DNA from: Vicugna vicugna
Lineage: Eukaryota
Direction: 5' to 3'
Length of the DNA stretch: 64,000 nucleotides
Assembly: GCA_013265495.1 (NCBI GenBank)
Contig: MU058198.1
Location: 3,732,419 to 3,796,418 of the forward strand
Made by a program: the position numbers and the translations under genes
In this document: positions 1-13,400 of the stretch, piece by piece
Numbering within the stretch: the first letter of the stretch is position 1
Layout: the number at the start of each line of letters is the position of its first letter
Notes under the pieces: model-generated
What the model was told of the DNA's origin: nothing
Database searches by the model: none
What the model saw: the letters and a program-made list of their open reading frames with translations, nothing else

Positions 1-629
1 CATAATGATTTCTTCTGTCTTAGGGCAGCCAGGGTGACATTTCAGAACACCCAGGAAAACATTTCCTACACGAACAGAGCATTTGTCTGGGCCAGTTATT
101 GGCTTGAAGGAAAGGACTGTTTTATCTGCAGGCAACAAAATGTGTCCCTTTATTTCCCGCAAGAGCCTGCAAACGCTTGTTTATGCCTGAATGGTAATCG
201 CTCCCTACCGTAGTTTGTTGATTAAAAAAATGTTTCCAAGAGACCGAAAATTGTTCTCAGACACATAGAGGAATTTCAGTTGACCTTGAACGTGAGAAAT
301 GTAATCCCTGTGCAATCACCAATTAGCACCCAGAATGACTCAGAAATTACTTTCAAGCCTCTTATCCGGAGAAATTCTGAGTGACGGTGAAGTCGAGCTG
401 CTGGAATTGAGGTAATAGAATTTCATGGTAGGGTGAGCTTGGTGAAGCTACCACACGTGGTACATTTCAGAATGTTGGCATTGGCTCTGTCTGGGGGCTT
501 TTGTCTGACCGTGGCCTTGCCGATGGGCCAGGGAAGGGAAGACTCCATTTTGGATGGCTCAGAATGGGTTTTCTGGCAATCTTAGAATTTTTTAATTTAA
601 TAAAATGCCAACTATGTGCCATTTATTGT

Positions 630-777
630 TTTAAGTGCTTTAGAAATATTAACTCATTTAATTCAGTCCTCACAACCACCCTGACTGGTAGGTACCCTTA
701 TGATCCGCCTTTCTCTTTTACAGAGGAGGAAACTGAGGCTCAGAGAGGTTAAGCAACTTTCTAACATCCCACAGCTG
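630..777 (-). mobile_element. MIR SINE
   Basis: Core ttttacagaggaggaaactgaggctcagagaggttaagcaactt. Confidence 0.75.
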
Positions 778-1254
778 ATCATTGTCTTGCTTTGAGTTTC
801 CCCAGAAACAGACTATAAGGATTCAAGTGCAGGGATCGCAGGAGGCATCTTTCTTAGAGTAGTGGAGAAGTGATGCAGGAAAAGGAAGGGAGCTGGGAAA
901 ATGTGTATTATCAGGCAGGTTACCACTGGGGGCAGCTGGGGTTTAATTCTGCTTTAGGTGGGGTTTAATGCATGTCACAGGGTTTGCAGTCAGAGGGGCG
1001 GGAAGCTGACGTCTTGTCCACCAGCCTTCCTTCCATCACTGGCTGAGGGCTGCTTGCAGGGGAATCGAGCTGCCAGCACCTTCAGCTTGCCCTGCTGGTG
1101 GGCTGTGCTTGCTCCTGCAACCAGGAAAGGAGACTGCAGGCAGAGTCACATGTGGAAGCGGTAAGCAGCCCCAGGTGTAGAGAGGAGGGGGCCAGGGGTC
1201 TTGGCAGGATACCTGGGGCCACATCTGTGCAACGCAGCCTGCTTCCTTTGGGTA

Positions 1255-1470
1255 GTTCGAGAGCCAGCCTGCCTGGATTGGAATCCCAGCGCTGTCCCTA
1301 CCTTGCTGGGTGCTGAAGGCAACTTACTTTTTCTGAGTTTTGATTCCCCATCTGTAAAGTGAAGGTATGGTGGCGCTTCTGACCTCCTACGGTTGTGTGA
1401 GGAACAAATGAGATAATGCATTTAAAACAGTGTGTGGCACGTCCTATCATTCAGCTGTCAGGTTGTTGTT
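1255..1470 (+). mobile_element. MIR SINE
   Basis: gagccagcctgcctggattggaatccc...ttccccatctgtaaagtga...ggttgtgtgaggaacaaatgagataatgcat. Confidence 0.7.
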
Positions 1471-2331
1471 ATCATTATCAGCATCCCCCCTGACCCTCGG
1501 AATCAATAAAGCTCAGGACCTGCTCCTTCTGGGATTTTGGAAGGGCTGCTTGGGGGTTCGGGAGCATCTGTGGGGACTCCTCACCGATGGGGGGGGTCTC
1601 TGCCACCGCTGCTGGGTATTGGGAGCTCCTGGTAGGGATGGGGGTGACAGAGAAGTCCAGTCTAAGCCAGCACAGGCATTAATCATCTGAAATGGAGCCC
1701 TGGAGCCTGGCTGCAGAGGTGCCTTCACTCTCCCCAAGCACCGTCTGGAAAGAGGCAAGACTCTTTGCTCAGATGCGCGGCTCTCTTTGCTTTTCTCTTT
1801 GAGCGCTGAGTCCTCAGGCTCTAAATTGCAGACATGAAAAGGCCACCACTAGTGTACTTCTGTTTCTGAAGGCATATCCCACCCAGTGAGATAGAGGATC
1901 CTTTTAATGTGGGCTTCAGTTTAAACATGTCTTTGATGGAAGACCTAATCAGCATGAGACTGAGGGGGAGTCATGGGACATTCAGAGGGACACAGGACAG
2001 GGATCTTGTCCTCCAAGGGCTCTGTGTGAACGAGTCACAAACCCAAATGTCTTTAGGAGCTGGACAGATAACAAGAAGGGGGAAAAGCCTGGTGTGAGAG
2101 AGCAAGGTGTGGTGGTGATGGGGGCAAACTGGAGATGTCCCTGTGAAGGCACCATGCCTTATGGGTGGGGCCCAGTGTTACCAGATCTTCTTTAAAAGAA
2201 GCTGGGATTTGGGTTTTTATAGGACATCTCTTAATTTTTAACAGATGTCAACTAATTTAAATATTAGTGCAGACCAGGCTGATAAGGCTATTAGGCTTCT
2301 AATCTAATGTCTAAAAGCTGAGATAACATTC

Positions 2332-2671
2332 TGTCTTAGTCTGTTCAGGCTCTTATAATAAAAATACCGTAGACGAGATAGTTTAACATTTATTTCTCGC
2401 AGTTCTGGAGGTTGGAACGTCTAAGAGCAAGATGCCAGCAGAATCGTTCTGCTTCCTGGTTCATAGACAGCCGCCTTCTCACTGTGTCCTCACATGGTGA
2501 AAGGGGCTGGGGGCCCTCTGGGGTCTCTTTTATAAGGGACTATTCCCATCCGTGAGGGCTCCGCCCTCATGACCTAATCCCCAAGACCCCACCTCCTAAT
2601 ACCATCACCCTTGAAGATAAGGATGTCAGTTCGTGGACTTGCGGAGACACAGACATTTTAGGTCTACAGCA
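2332..2671 (-). mobile_element. MaLR solo LTR, MLT1A-like
   Basis: TG...CA ends; tgtcttagtctgttcaggct, acatttatttctcgcagttctggagg, gggctccgccctcatgacctaatc, cctaataccatcacc. Confidence 0.8.
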
Positions 2672-3394
2672 CGTACCTGTAAGAAAACTCACCCAAGCAA
2701 ATTGAGATGGAATGTGGAAAGAGGGCCTTTGGACCTGGATTCAGAGGGGAGAAGGTGGTTTGCAAGACTGTGGAATGAGGCTGTTGGCCACTTGCTGCTC
2801 TTTGAAGAACAGGAAGAAAATTTTCCTCTAAGCTGTCAAATGAGAAATTTGGGAAGTGTGAGTGCCTCACTCAGGCTCCGCCAGCAGGGGGTGCTGGAAC
2901 TGACAGGTGGATGGATGCGAACCTCAGGGCTGGAATGGGGACTGGAAACCAGGGGCAATCAGGATGGGGAGCTTCACAGGTTGGAGACTGGGGTGTGTGA
3001 ATCCAGTGGGTCCCGAGTCAGGATTCAAAGAAGGTGGAAGACAATAATTAAGCAAGGGGATGGTAGGGGGTGAGGGAGGGTGGGAATGTGTTTGGATCAG
3101 CACAGCTTGGGAATAACTGAGAGCTGGAGGGTGAGGATTTGGGATGATGGGGGGACATGGCCCCCTCAAATCAATGCAATATCTCTTCTAGGCTCTTTTC
3201 TTGTTTGCAGTCTCCCTGATGACCTGGTTTTAGCTACTCCCTCTAGGTCTTAACCCCAAATCTGTCTCCAGTTTTTACATCAATTTGTAACCCGAAACCT
3301 ACATATACAACTGCTTACTGGGTATTAATTTCCCCTTGGTTGTCCCAGAGACACTTAAGTCTCAATGCATCTTACTACAAGGTAACTGGACCTA

Positions 3395-3593
3395 GAATGC
3401 TCACAGCAGCCTTGTTAGTGGCCAAAAAGTGGAGACAACACAAATGTCCATAAACAGGAGAATGGATAAATGTGAACAGCGAATGCTACTGAGCAGGACA
3501 AAGGAATGAACCACTGATCCATGCAACACCATGGGTGAATTTCAAGACCATTATGATGTGCGAAAGAAGCCAGATGTAAAAGACTACATACTC
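3395..3593 (+). mobile_element. Old L1M 3' fragment
   Basis: gccaaaaagtggagacaacacaaatgtccataaacaggagaatggataaa...catgcaacaccatgggtgaatttcaa...gaaagaagccag. Confidence 0.65.
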
Positions 3594-3800
3594 TGTAAAG
3601 GAAAACTTGACACCCTCACAATGCTTCTGACACCAAACATGTAGATTTTCCACAGCAAGAAATTCTCCAGTTCTCTGTACCACCATTTTGGTGTCCTTCA
3701 GTTATGACATTAGCTACCCGGAGTTAGTGCAGACCCCATAAGTTAAGGGCTGAGTCCTGTAAGACAGCCATCCCCCTACTCCAGACTCCAATCACAAATA
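3594..3800. mobile_element. MER21-like ERV LTR fragment
   Basis: ttctgacaccaaacatg...ggtgtcct...ctacccggagttagtgcagaccccataagttaagggctgagtcctgtaagac resembles MER21. Confidence 0.6.
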
Positions 3801-3914
3801 TTCCGGCCTCCTGTCTCTCCTGATTTCACAGCATTTGTTGCCATTCTGAGTCATCCTTCTGGAGCTCACAACAGCAGGCCCCTCCCCCATTGCACTGAGG
3901 ACAAACCTGGGCCT

Positions 3915-4680
3915 CATCCATCCATTTATCCAACAAAACATTTAGCTGGCAGCTATGCTAGTTGTCAGGGAAATTGCGGAGAATGAGCCACATTCCCTGC
4001 CTCGGCAGGTTTCCAGTCTGTTGGGGAAAATGAGTGAACAGACAATTATCATCCAGTATAAATGGGAAGTAAAATGGAGGAAGGGAGCAAACAGGGACAC
4101 CTAATCCAGAGACAATCAAGGAAGGCTTCCCTGAAGAAGTGGAAATGTGGAGCAGAGGGTAACTAGATTGGTGAAAGGGAGAGAATAGCTATCTCCACAG
4201 CAGTGACAGTAGGTGCAAAGGCCCTGAGGTGGGAGGGGGCTCAAGGATGTGAAAGGAGCATGAACCTGGGTTCCAGGGAAGAAGGACCCAAGAAGTGATG
4301 CAGTCAGGTAGAGCTTGATCATACTGGGCTGTTGAGGCCAGTGAAAGCACCCAGGTCTTTATCCTTAAAATGGAAGCATTTTGAGCAGGGAGTGACTTGG
4401 TTGCGTATTAAGAAGTGGAAGGTCACTCTGGCTGCATGTAAAGCCCAGTGTGGAGAGAACCAGGGTGGGTTGTCCAAGTGAGAGGTGATGACAGGTGGTG
4501 CTGGTGAAGGTGGAAAGAAGAAGAAGGAATTCTAGAGACAGGTTGGAGGAAATAGTGACTAGTCCTGGAGGTGGGTGAGACCTGAGGGATAAAAGAGAAA
4601 TGGGGGTGCCAAGGGTGGCCTCCACATTTTGCGTCTATACCCTGGATGTTGGGCCATGCTCTTCACTGAGCCGGTGGCGT
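3915..4680 (-). mobile_element. L2 LINE fragment
   Basis: catccatccatttatccaacaaaacattt; ggaaggcttccctgaagaagtg; gtgcaaaggccctgagg; ttttgagcagggagtgac; ggtcactctggctgc. Confidence 0.6.
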
Positions 4681-4762
4681 GAGCTGCAGGAACCATGGCT
4701 TGCAACCTGTCTGTGAATTTGAGCAAATTCTAATGATGTTTTCTGTGTGCTTCCCCCTCCAG

Positions 4763-4909
4763 AGGGCCAAGATCGGGCAGGGGACCAAGGCTCCCGAAGA
4801 AAAGACGACCAACACCGTATCCAAATTTGACAACAATGGGAACAGGGACCGGATGAAACTGACCGATTTTAACTTCCTGATGGTGCTGGGGAAAGGCAGC
4901 TTTGGCAAG
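4763..4909 (+). CDS. PRKCB: PKC beta coding exon (human exon 9 equivalent): hinge end plus Gly-rich loop, RAKIGQGTKAPEEKTTNTVSKFDNNGNRDRMKLTDFNFLMVLGKGSFGK
   Basis: 147 nt, phase 0/0; acceptor ttccccctccAG (4761-62), donor AAG|GTACAG (4910); peptide recognised as PKC-beta; GxGxxG motif. Confidence 0.98.
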
Positions 4910-5009
4910 GTACAGTGTGGCTGGGGGGTGGCGCCTGCTCCAGAAGGAACAGCTCGCCAGGCAGGCACATTTGCTGTTCAGATGGGGCTTCCATTCCAGT
5001 GAGGGAGAG

Positions 5010-5475
5010 AGCGCAAAGTAAACAGAGCCACCTGACAGTTGGTAATGAATACTGTGAAGGAAATGAATGGCGTGCTGTGACACAGAGAGATCAAGGAGGG
5101 ACCCACTCAGACTGTCTGAGGAAGTGGCATATCAACCGAGATCTGAAGGATGAGAATGAACCAGCTATACAGTCAAAGAGCTAAGAGAGACTGTTCCCAG
5201 CAGAGAGAACAGCAAGTGCAAAGGTCCTGGGGTGGGGAAGGGCTTGGCCATTCTAGGCACCAGCAGGAGGTGTTGGGAGTCAAGTGTCACGTGCGGAGGG
5301 GAATTTGTTGGATGTGAGGTTGCAGAGGTAGGCAGGGCCCAATCAGGCAAAGTCTTCTGAGCTGGGCTGAGGAGTTTGGATTTTATTCACAGTGCAATGG
5401 GGAGCCACTGAAAGTCTTAAGCAGAGAAGTGACATGATCAGATTTGATTTTGGAAAAGATCACTCTTGCAGCGGA
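5010..5475 (-). mobile_element. L2 LINE fragment
   Basis: gagatctgaaggatgag; gaacagcaagtgcaaaggtcctgggg; gcaatggggagccactgaaagtcttaagcagagaagtgacatgatcagattt. Confidence 0.7.
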
Positions 5476-5734
5476 GGATGGAAATGGTTCTTTTTGAACA
5501 GCAGCACAGCTGAAGGACGACCCTGGGACTCGAAGAGTGATTCTGGATGCTTTTATAGACAGCAGGAGATGCTGTTTTACTGATGTTGAGCTCGGGTTCT
5601 AAGTATTCCTGACTTGTTTAGTGTTGTTTTGAGTCTTTTAATCCCTGTGTGTGCCACAGACAGGTCTCGTATAAATCTCCTATCACGAGCTCAGGTGTGC
5701 GTAAAATATCCATTTCTTCCGCATCTCTGTGGCT

Positions 5735-6545
5735 TAAGTCAAAAATCTGGGCGTTATCCGTGACTTCTCAGCCTCCCCTGACCCCAGCCACGTATTTCCA
5801 TCCATCGGTGAGTCCAGACAGGTCCTCCATCAAAGTGTATTCATGAATTTACTGCGTTCTCTCCATCTTCACTAATGCAGCCCACATCTGAACCAATACA
5901 ATAGTGGCTGGACCACTGCAGAGGTTCCTAACTGGTTTCCCTGCCTCCACTCTTCTGACCTATAATTCGTATACTTCCCTCGAGCAGCCATCGTTATTTT
6001 TAAAAACTTACATTAGGTCAAGTCACTCTGCTGCTTAAAACCCTCCAGTGACTTCACAGGTTGAAAAAGTTCTGTTCTGTGTCCTCAGCTTACATCACTC
6101 TTTATATTCTGGTCCTTGTTCTCTTCCTTCCTTTTCTTTCTCCCCATCACCCACTGTGCTCCGGCCACGTGGAGGTTCTTGTTTTTTGTTTTTTGTTTTT
6201 GAAATATACAAAGCTCCTTCCTCTCTTAGAGCTTTTGTGGTGCTGTTCCCTTTATTCTTTGCATGACTGGCTCCTTCTTGTAATTCCCATCTCTCCTTAG
6301 ATGTCACCTCTTTTGAGAAGTCTTCCCTGACCACCACTCAAAGAGCCATTCATTCATTCTGTTATATTTCACTCTCTTCATCAGCACCCGTCGCCAGTTG
6401 GTACTTTTCTTGCTTGTCTATTGGTTTGTCTCTCTTCTCCTTCTAAGACCTGAGCTCCACAAGAGCAGGTGGCCTTCTCTGCCACGCTCGCCACTGTACC
6501 TGCAGTACCTGTGGACTGATGCACCCAGGGCTTAGAATTGAATGC
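5735..6545 (+). mobile_element. L2 LINE fragment
   Basis: tcaagtcactctgctgcttaaaaccctccagtgacttc; agatgtcacctcttttgagaagtcttccctgaccac; tgagctccacaagagcagg. Confidence 0.65.
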
Positions 6546-8564
6546 ATGGGTTTTTCTCTCTGGACCATAAGGTCCGTCCATCTGCTGCAATGGAATAAGG
6601 AACCTGAGGTGGTGGCCTTGGCATGGGGTGTGTATAGAGAGCAGGAACACGAAATAAGGTTGCTGAGAAGCCCCAGGGTCCGTAAGGTTAGAGAACAAGC
6701 AGTTGGGGATAGAAGAGGTCCACAGCACGGTGCGTTTTTTGTCAGCAGCTCTGAGCGGCCTTGGGGGTAGAGATGGAGAAGAAGATGGTGAATTCGAGGT
6801 AAGGGGTGGGGAGTAGCAGGATCAGTGCTCGGAAGATCACAGTAAGAAGGGGGCTAAGGATTCTGGGAAGACGGATGCCGATTGCACATCCAGTGGCGCT
6901 TGTTCTGTCTAACAGGTGCTCAGTGAAAGTGCACTGAACAGATGCATAAAAACTGCACCCAGACTGGGTCGGAAGGAAATCAGAGCAGGAAGAGGGTTAT
7001 AACCTGGGTGGGAGAGGAGGAGTCTAGAGGCCTAGGGACGAAAAACAAGTGGATAGAGTTAAGAGATTTAAAATGCTGGTAAGACTAGCGACGTTTGGAT
7101 TTCTAAGATGAGGTGGTTTCCATGATGACAAGGAAGAAAGAGGCTTAAATGAGGAAGAGGTTCTAATAAGCTGAGGCTGTCAGGGAGTTTTAAAAAAAAT
7201 TAAGTTATGTTTTTAATAAGCAGTGTGTTCACATAGTTCATAATTAAAATCATATTAAAAGGATAAACACTGAGAAGTCTTGCTCCCACCCAGGTTCACA
7301 TCTTTCTGTGCCCCCCTCGCTGCTACTGTTCTCTGTATCTAAACGGTTTTGTTAATTGAATTTGCATCTTTCCGGTTTCTCTCTGCTGGTTTAACATATA
7401 AATATGCATTTTTATTCTTGTTGCCTCAAAAGTGAGCAGACTCCACACGTAGCTTGTCCCTTTCTTGATCGCTCAACCATACAAATTGGAGAGTTTGGGA
7501 TTAAGGAATGGATGTTCCAGAGGGTCTTCTGGAAAGGATTGGGGTTGGGGGTGGGTAGAGAAGTGGGAGAGTGGGTCTTTGGGGAACAGCGAGGGAATGA
7601 GAGAGAATAGATCATGTGTTTCCATGGAAACCGTTATAATAATTGAGAGTTCTGTTCCAGACTGTGGATGTGGCATCAAATAAATCACAGATGAAAACAA
7701 GAGTCTGTCGTGTAAGCAAACTAGAATAACAAAAACCTCTACAAGCCTTTAAAACTTAAGAGTAATCCTTCGCAACTCTCATTCTGCCAGCCACGGTTTT
7801 AAATTAATGTGGTTTTACATCTGAATGCCTACTTTTTACCGTTTTGCAATCTTGTGAGGTATATATTATCCACTGCCCTAAATGGAAGAATGCGGCGGCA
7901 GTAATTGCTCCTCCTTCCGCAGATGAAACAGGTGGACCTGTGGGGTGATCTGTTCACACCGCCCCTCCCCCAGGCCCCATCTATCAGATCTGGTCCAGGA
8001 AAACGTGCTCTTATGCACTGCAGTAATTTGTGGAGTGACCAGGGAGTGACACAAGTGTTTGAATAAGACCTGTGAATATGAAACAAGGGACAAAGCAAGT
8101 GTGAAGGCTGTTGGGTTCCAAACAAGTAAACCATGTTTCAGAAACTTTAAAAAGAAGTGTGGAGCGTTTGCTCTCCTGAACATGTGAGGGTGCTTACTGG
8201 AAGGATTCTCTCAGCAGGGCAGGGCCTTGTGACATGTCTGGCTTACTTGGAGATAGATGTCCCCTTGCACTTTTGTTCCAGAGCATTTGTTCCAGAGCGT
8301 GTATTATCCATTGGTTATTTCATTTTATTTTTATAGCTTTACCCTTCACTGTCTGTTTTTTATGATTTCTTGAACCTTTGACTTCAGCTTTGCCAACCTT
8401 TATGGTTTACACTTTTCAAGAATTTAACCCCTGTGGTTGTCAAATGATTTTTGCATTAACATTGTGCTCCAAATATATAAATTGGGCAGGTGTGTGCTGT
8501 CCAGACTGATAGTACAAGTGGAGCTCATAAAATACACTCAGCAAGTCCCTGCTAAAATCTATAC

Positions 8565-8669
8565 ACAATATGTATGTATATGTATGGCTGAAGCATTATG
8601 CTGTATGCCAGAAATTGACACAATGTTGTAAACTGACGATAGTTCAATAAAAAAATAAATTAAATAAAA
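8565..8669 (+). mobile_element. Short L1 3'-end fragment (young family)
   Basis: ttatgctgtatgccagaaattgacacaatgttgtaaactgacgatagttcaataaaaaaa matches the termini of the 21.4-kb and 50.3-kb copies. Confidence 0.75.
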
Positions 8670-9510
8670 GCTAGGTAGTTACCAAAAAAAGTATATATAC
8701 AACACAAATGCAACGTTTTCCATTATAAACTTGATTCCCCTGATTCCAAAGTGCTGCTATAATAAATATTCATTAAGTACTTAATTAATGCTAATATTGC
8801 TTGCCTTCTGAGACTTCAGATGTGCTTGTGGTAACAATTTGTATGAGCCAAGTCTTTTTAGAAAGTTATACTGGAAAGTCTGAAGGGGGACTTTTTTATT
8901 ATTATTATTTTCTTACACTCCTGGACTCTTGCCTATGGAGGATACTGAGGTTAACAGGAGGATTCATGTGTGTGGAGGGCAGGTGCATGCTGTGGTGGAC
9001 ACAGAGCTAACATAAGGAAGCTCAAATCCAGCAGCTCAAAAGCTGTATCTTGGAAAATGATTGGTAATAGGAAAAAAAAAAAAAAGGAAATTGCCAAAAT
9101 GTTCATCAATAGTGTGATAGTTAAATATATAATGGTGTGTCCATGATACCTTCAAAAGAATGAGGTCTTTCTATCTCATAGCTCTATCTGTCTGTCTGTC
9201 TGTCTATCATTGTGGAAAGATGTCCATGGCATAGTATCAAGTAAAAGTAGAAGTAAATTACAGAACACTATGATTAGTCATATAAAATAAACTGTACATG
9301 GAATAATTCTATTTATGTAATGGACTCATAGTCCCTACTCTCATTGAATTTCCCTCCAACATTTTGTTATGAAAAACATTTAATAATACAGAAAAGTTGA
9401 AAGAATTATGCAATGACTACCCATCGTACCCAGTACCTAGATTCTACAGTAACATTTGGCTGTGTATGCTTGATCATATCTCTCTGTCTGCTTGTCTCTA
9501 TGTCAACCTG

Positions 9511-9642
9511 TTTTTTGGGGAGGAGGGAGTAATTAGGTTTACGTATTTATAATTTTTTTAATGGAGGTACTGGGAGTTGAACCCAGGACCTATGCATGCT
9601 AAGTACACACTCTACCATTGAGCTATATATACCCTCTCCCCC
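9511..9642 (-). mobile_element. tRNA-Ala-derived SINE (camelid Vic-1-like)
   Basis: Reverse complement reads tagctcaatggtagagtgtgtacttagcatgcataggtcctgggttcaactcccagtacctcca, then an A-rich linker and aaacctaattac; same architecture as the 39.5-kb and 59.3-kb copies. Confidence 0.85.
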
Positions 9643-10109
9643 AAATCAAGATACAGACCTCGGTACACTTTACCCCTCAACTCTTCAGCATGCATATCAT
9701 TTAACCAAAATTCAATATGTGTTTTTGATCATTTTAAGGTGAAATTCACATACAACAAAACACACAAATCAGTGTATCATTCTATGAATTTTGAAAAATG
9801 CATACTTAAAAACCCAATGAGAGTATAAACATTGATCAAAAAAAAAAATCACACTAACAGATGCAAAGTAAAACTGTGATGTTTGCTTCGTGCTGTGAGA
9901 GCCTGCGGGGGTGGGGTGGGTCCTAGCTGAAGTCAGGGAAGGCTTCCGTGAGAAAGCGGCTCTTGGGCTTTATCTAAAGGGTGAGTTAAATTAACTGTGC
10001 AAAGATGGGAGGGAGTAAATGGAAATCTCAGAATGTCTCCTCTTCCTGACCCCACCCCCAGTCAGGGCTGGTTGATCTGTGTGGCAGCCAAACATTTAAG
10101 CTCCTTTAT

Positions 10110-10480
10110 TCGTTGGGGTGGATTCAACTGCCGGAATAAATAGACCCCTAAATCTATGCCGGCTCAGACACAATAGGAGTTTAATTTTCATTCATGTAAC
10201 AGTCCAAGATGGGTGTTCCTGGCCTCGCCCACTCTCTCCATATGGTGATTAAGGGACCCGGTTCCTCTGTCTTGCATGGCTCCATCAATCCCTACAGCCT
10301 TGTTTTTGTCTATATTCAGAGTGCCGAGGGAGAAGAAGAGTACAGAGGAGGCACAAGCTGCTTCTGAAAAGTCTTGGCTTGGGAGTGGCACCCATCACTT
10401 CTGCCTGCACTCTATTTGAGAGTGTTGTCATGTGGCCATGCCTCAGTGCAAGGGACGCTGGGAGAGCAGTTTTGGTGGAA
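10110..10480 (-). mobile_element. MLT1J-like LTR fragment
   Basis: tggtgattaagggacccggttcctctgtcttgcatggctccatc...ggagtggcacccatcacttctgcctgcactctatt...tgtcatgtggccatgcc. Confidence 0.6.
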
Positions 10481-13400
10481 AGCCGCACTCCCTACTTTTC
10501 TTAGCTCTGGTTGGAATTTTTCTCGGTGACATGAAAGACTTTCTGACTTTTCCCTTTAAAGCTCCCAACTTCTCATGCCGCATGGACAAAAGACTTCAAG
10601 CTTCTCTTCTTGGTGACATTTCCTTGTGTTCAAATCATGGAACATGCCAGGTGTTAGTGCTGCTTTTCCTGAAGCATAACATAAGCCAGGAATAAATCAA
10701 GTAGGAAGAAGTCAACAGCTTATGAAATTGAAAGAAAAAGTAGAAAGTCCTTAGAAACTGAGCGCAGGTATTGCATTTGTCTTTTCAAAAAGTCACATCC
10801 CCGTCTGTTGCTCTATGTGCATCTAAGACGTTCAAAATAAAAAGCCAAGAGGTGAGGGACAAAACCATTAAACCTCCTCTTCTGGTGTTTGATTGGCCTG
10901 CAGTAATGTCCAAGAGGCTGGTGATATTAAGTGCCTGAATGTCACAAAGGAGGCCGTTGAGGGTTCGCCAGTGAACCCTCCCACTGTGCACTGTGTGCCG
11001 CTCTCCAAGGTGCTGACGCCAACTCCCTTAGCTCAAGATTCAGACTGTGCAACGGGGCTGAGTATAGCCTTGGCCAAGCTTCTCAAATATTAGCTATTCA
11101 TGAACCTGTTTTTTTTTTTTTACCATGTACATATTTACTTAATACTATCTTAAATATTTTCTTTAAATTGCTTCGTTGACTTCTTTTTCTTCTCCTTAGC
11201 ATTGCCCTAAGCAATCATGTATGTGATGTCACAGGCTTGATCTACCAGTTATATACCTATTTTAATATATCCTAGGAAAACGTATTAAAAGAAAAATAAT
11301 TTTGTTCTTGGACTGTCAATAGTACAAGTACCATATTTTGTGAAAAGCTGCCTTGAAGATCTTACACTCAATGACAATTTAGTACTTCAGTTAACATTGT
11401 ATTTCTGAGAACATAAAGTCATTTTTTGTGTATATCTTGAAGATACAAAAAGTGTCTGATCTTCCCTCTCCCTTCTATCCTTTCCTTTAGATGAGGAATG
11501 TGCTCAACATTTCCTGTATCCCTAAAAATATCTTCTGTGATCTTGACCCTCCCTTCTCTATCCTTTACTCACTGACTGTATCCAGAGAATCAGACTGCTC
11601 TTTTGAGATTTGCTGCCTCCACTGCCTCCTCACCCGCCCATGCCTTATCCTTTTGCATTGTGTCTTCTCCTCTCAGCAACTTGTGAAACACCTGTCTCTC
11701 AGGTTACCAGTGAACCCCTAGCTCCTCACTCTCCAGATCTGAGCACAGGGCATGGTGGTTGCTTATGGAGGGCAAACATAAGGGAAAGGAATTGGGACTA
11801 AGATTGGAACCCATACCTCATACTGGGGAGAAGTCATCACTTTTATAGTAACTACTCACTGACAGACCTAATTAAGGATTTGTCCATTCAACAAATATTT
11901 ATTGAGCATTAACTATGTGCCAGGCACTCTTCCTGGTGCAGGGGAAATGGCTGTGAACAAAACAGACAAAAATACCTTCCCGCATGGAACATATATTCTT
12001 GTGGTGGTGGTGATGGTGGTACTACTGAACATTCTGAGTCCTTACTATAATGCCAGGCTTTGTTGTAAGTGCTTTGTATGTATTGGTTCACCCTTATGCT
12101 GTAATGTAGCTACTATCACCCCCATTTTACAGATGCAGAAGTGTGATGCAAGGAAGTTGAAATAACTTGATAAAATCGCACAGCCAGTCAGTGGAATTTA
12201 ACAGACCAATTTTGGTTTAGATACATGTGTTCTTGGGCTCTTGATTGTTTGATACTTAACGCTTGCATTTCTAGTCTCAACAGTGGTCCCCTTGCCATGT
12301 CACCAGACATATTCTAGGAGGTTAACCGATTTCTCCCCTTATTGCCTCATTTTCCCCTCTCTTCTCTGTCCCTCTGAGTGTAAGCAGAGTTTGTGTGCCT
12401 TGTTTTCACTCTGAGCCTCTGCCATTAGACAGACTGCATGCCCATTGTGATGGGAGATTCCAGATTTTCAGTTCTCCCTCCTCACTCTGTGCCTAGTGCT
12501 CCATGGAACTGTGAGCCATCAGTAGGGGTTCCTGGGAGGCGCCAACTTCTCTCTCCTAGCTTCTGCCCTTCTTACTCCTCTGCAGGCTTCAGCTCGTGGG
12601 GTCCTCCAAGTCTTGGGGGCATCTCTAGTGTGTGTGAAAACTCCCCAGTTGGTTCCTTCTCATCATCAACTTCTATTTCTTCTAACCCTCATGCCCACCC
12701 TCTGCAATTCCACTCACCCATCTCCATTTTCTTCAGCTTTTATTGAGCTCATACTAATTGCCAGGGACCAGGCTTTGGATTTACATGCATTACATCATAT
12801 TAATTCTCACCACATCTTGCAAGGTAGCTACTGATATTAACACTATTCGACTTACATGGGAATTATAAGTCAGAGAGGTTGAGTTGTCTCCCCAAGACCA
12901 CACAGCTGAAAGGAGGCAGGACCAGGACTTGAAATCAGGTTCTGTGATTCCAGTTGAATCACAGTTGCCTCTTTCCATCTCTAACAACACTCTTTTCTAC
13001 TCTGGGGGGCACTCATCGCCACCAAACTGCTAGTTTTTTCTTTTTTGAAACAGTTTTAAAACTGCCATAAGACTTTTGTGGGTTCCTCCTTAACAGCATG
13101 AATAAAAAGTTAAAAAGTATATCTTATAACTGCACTCATATAAGGGCAAATAGATTAATATTGTATGTTAAAACATTTTCTTAAGCATAAAATTTCGTTT
13201 TTTCCCCTTGGGATTCTAACAGAAATTAAAACACTTTCACGAGCCCCTGAAAAGATCATGGTCCCTCAGAATGCTTGAAGTTGGCCCTGTTTGCTAACAC
13301 CGGTGCCCCACAGCCTCCAAGCTGTCTCCCCAAAAGCCACCGGTGTGCTTAACTTGTGTGTGTTGTGGGTTTAGGCACAGGAGAATAATCCAGAGCTTCA

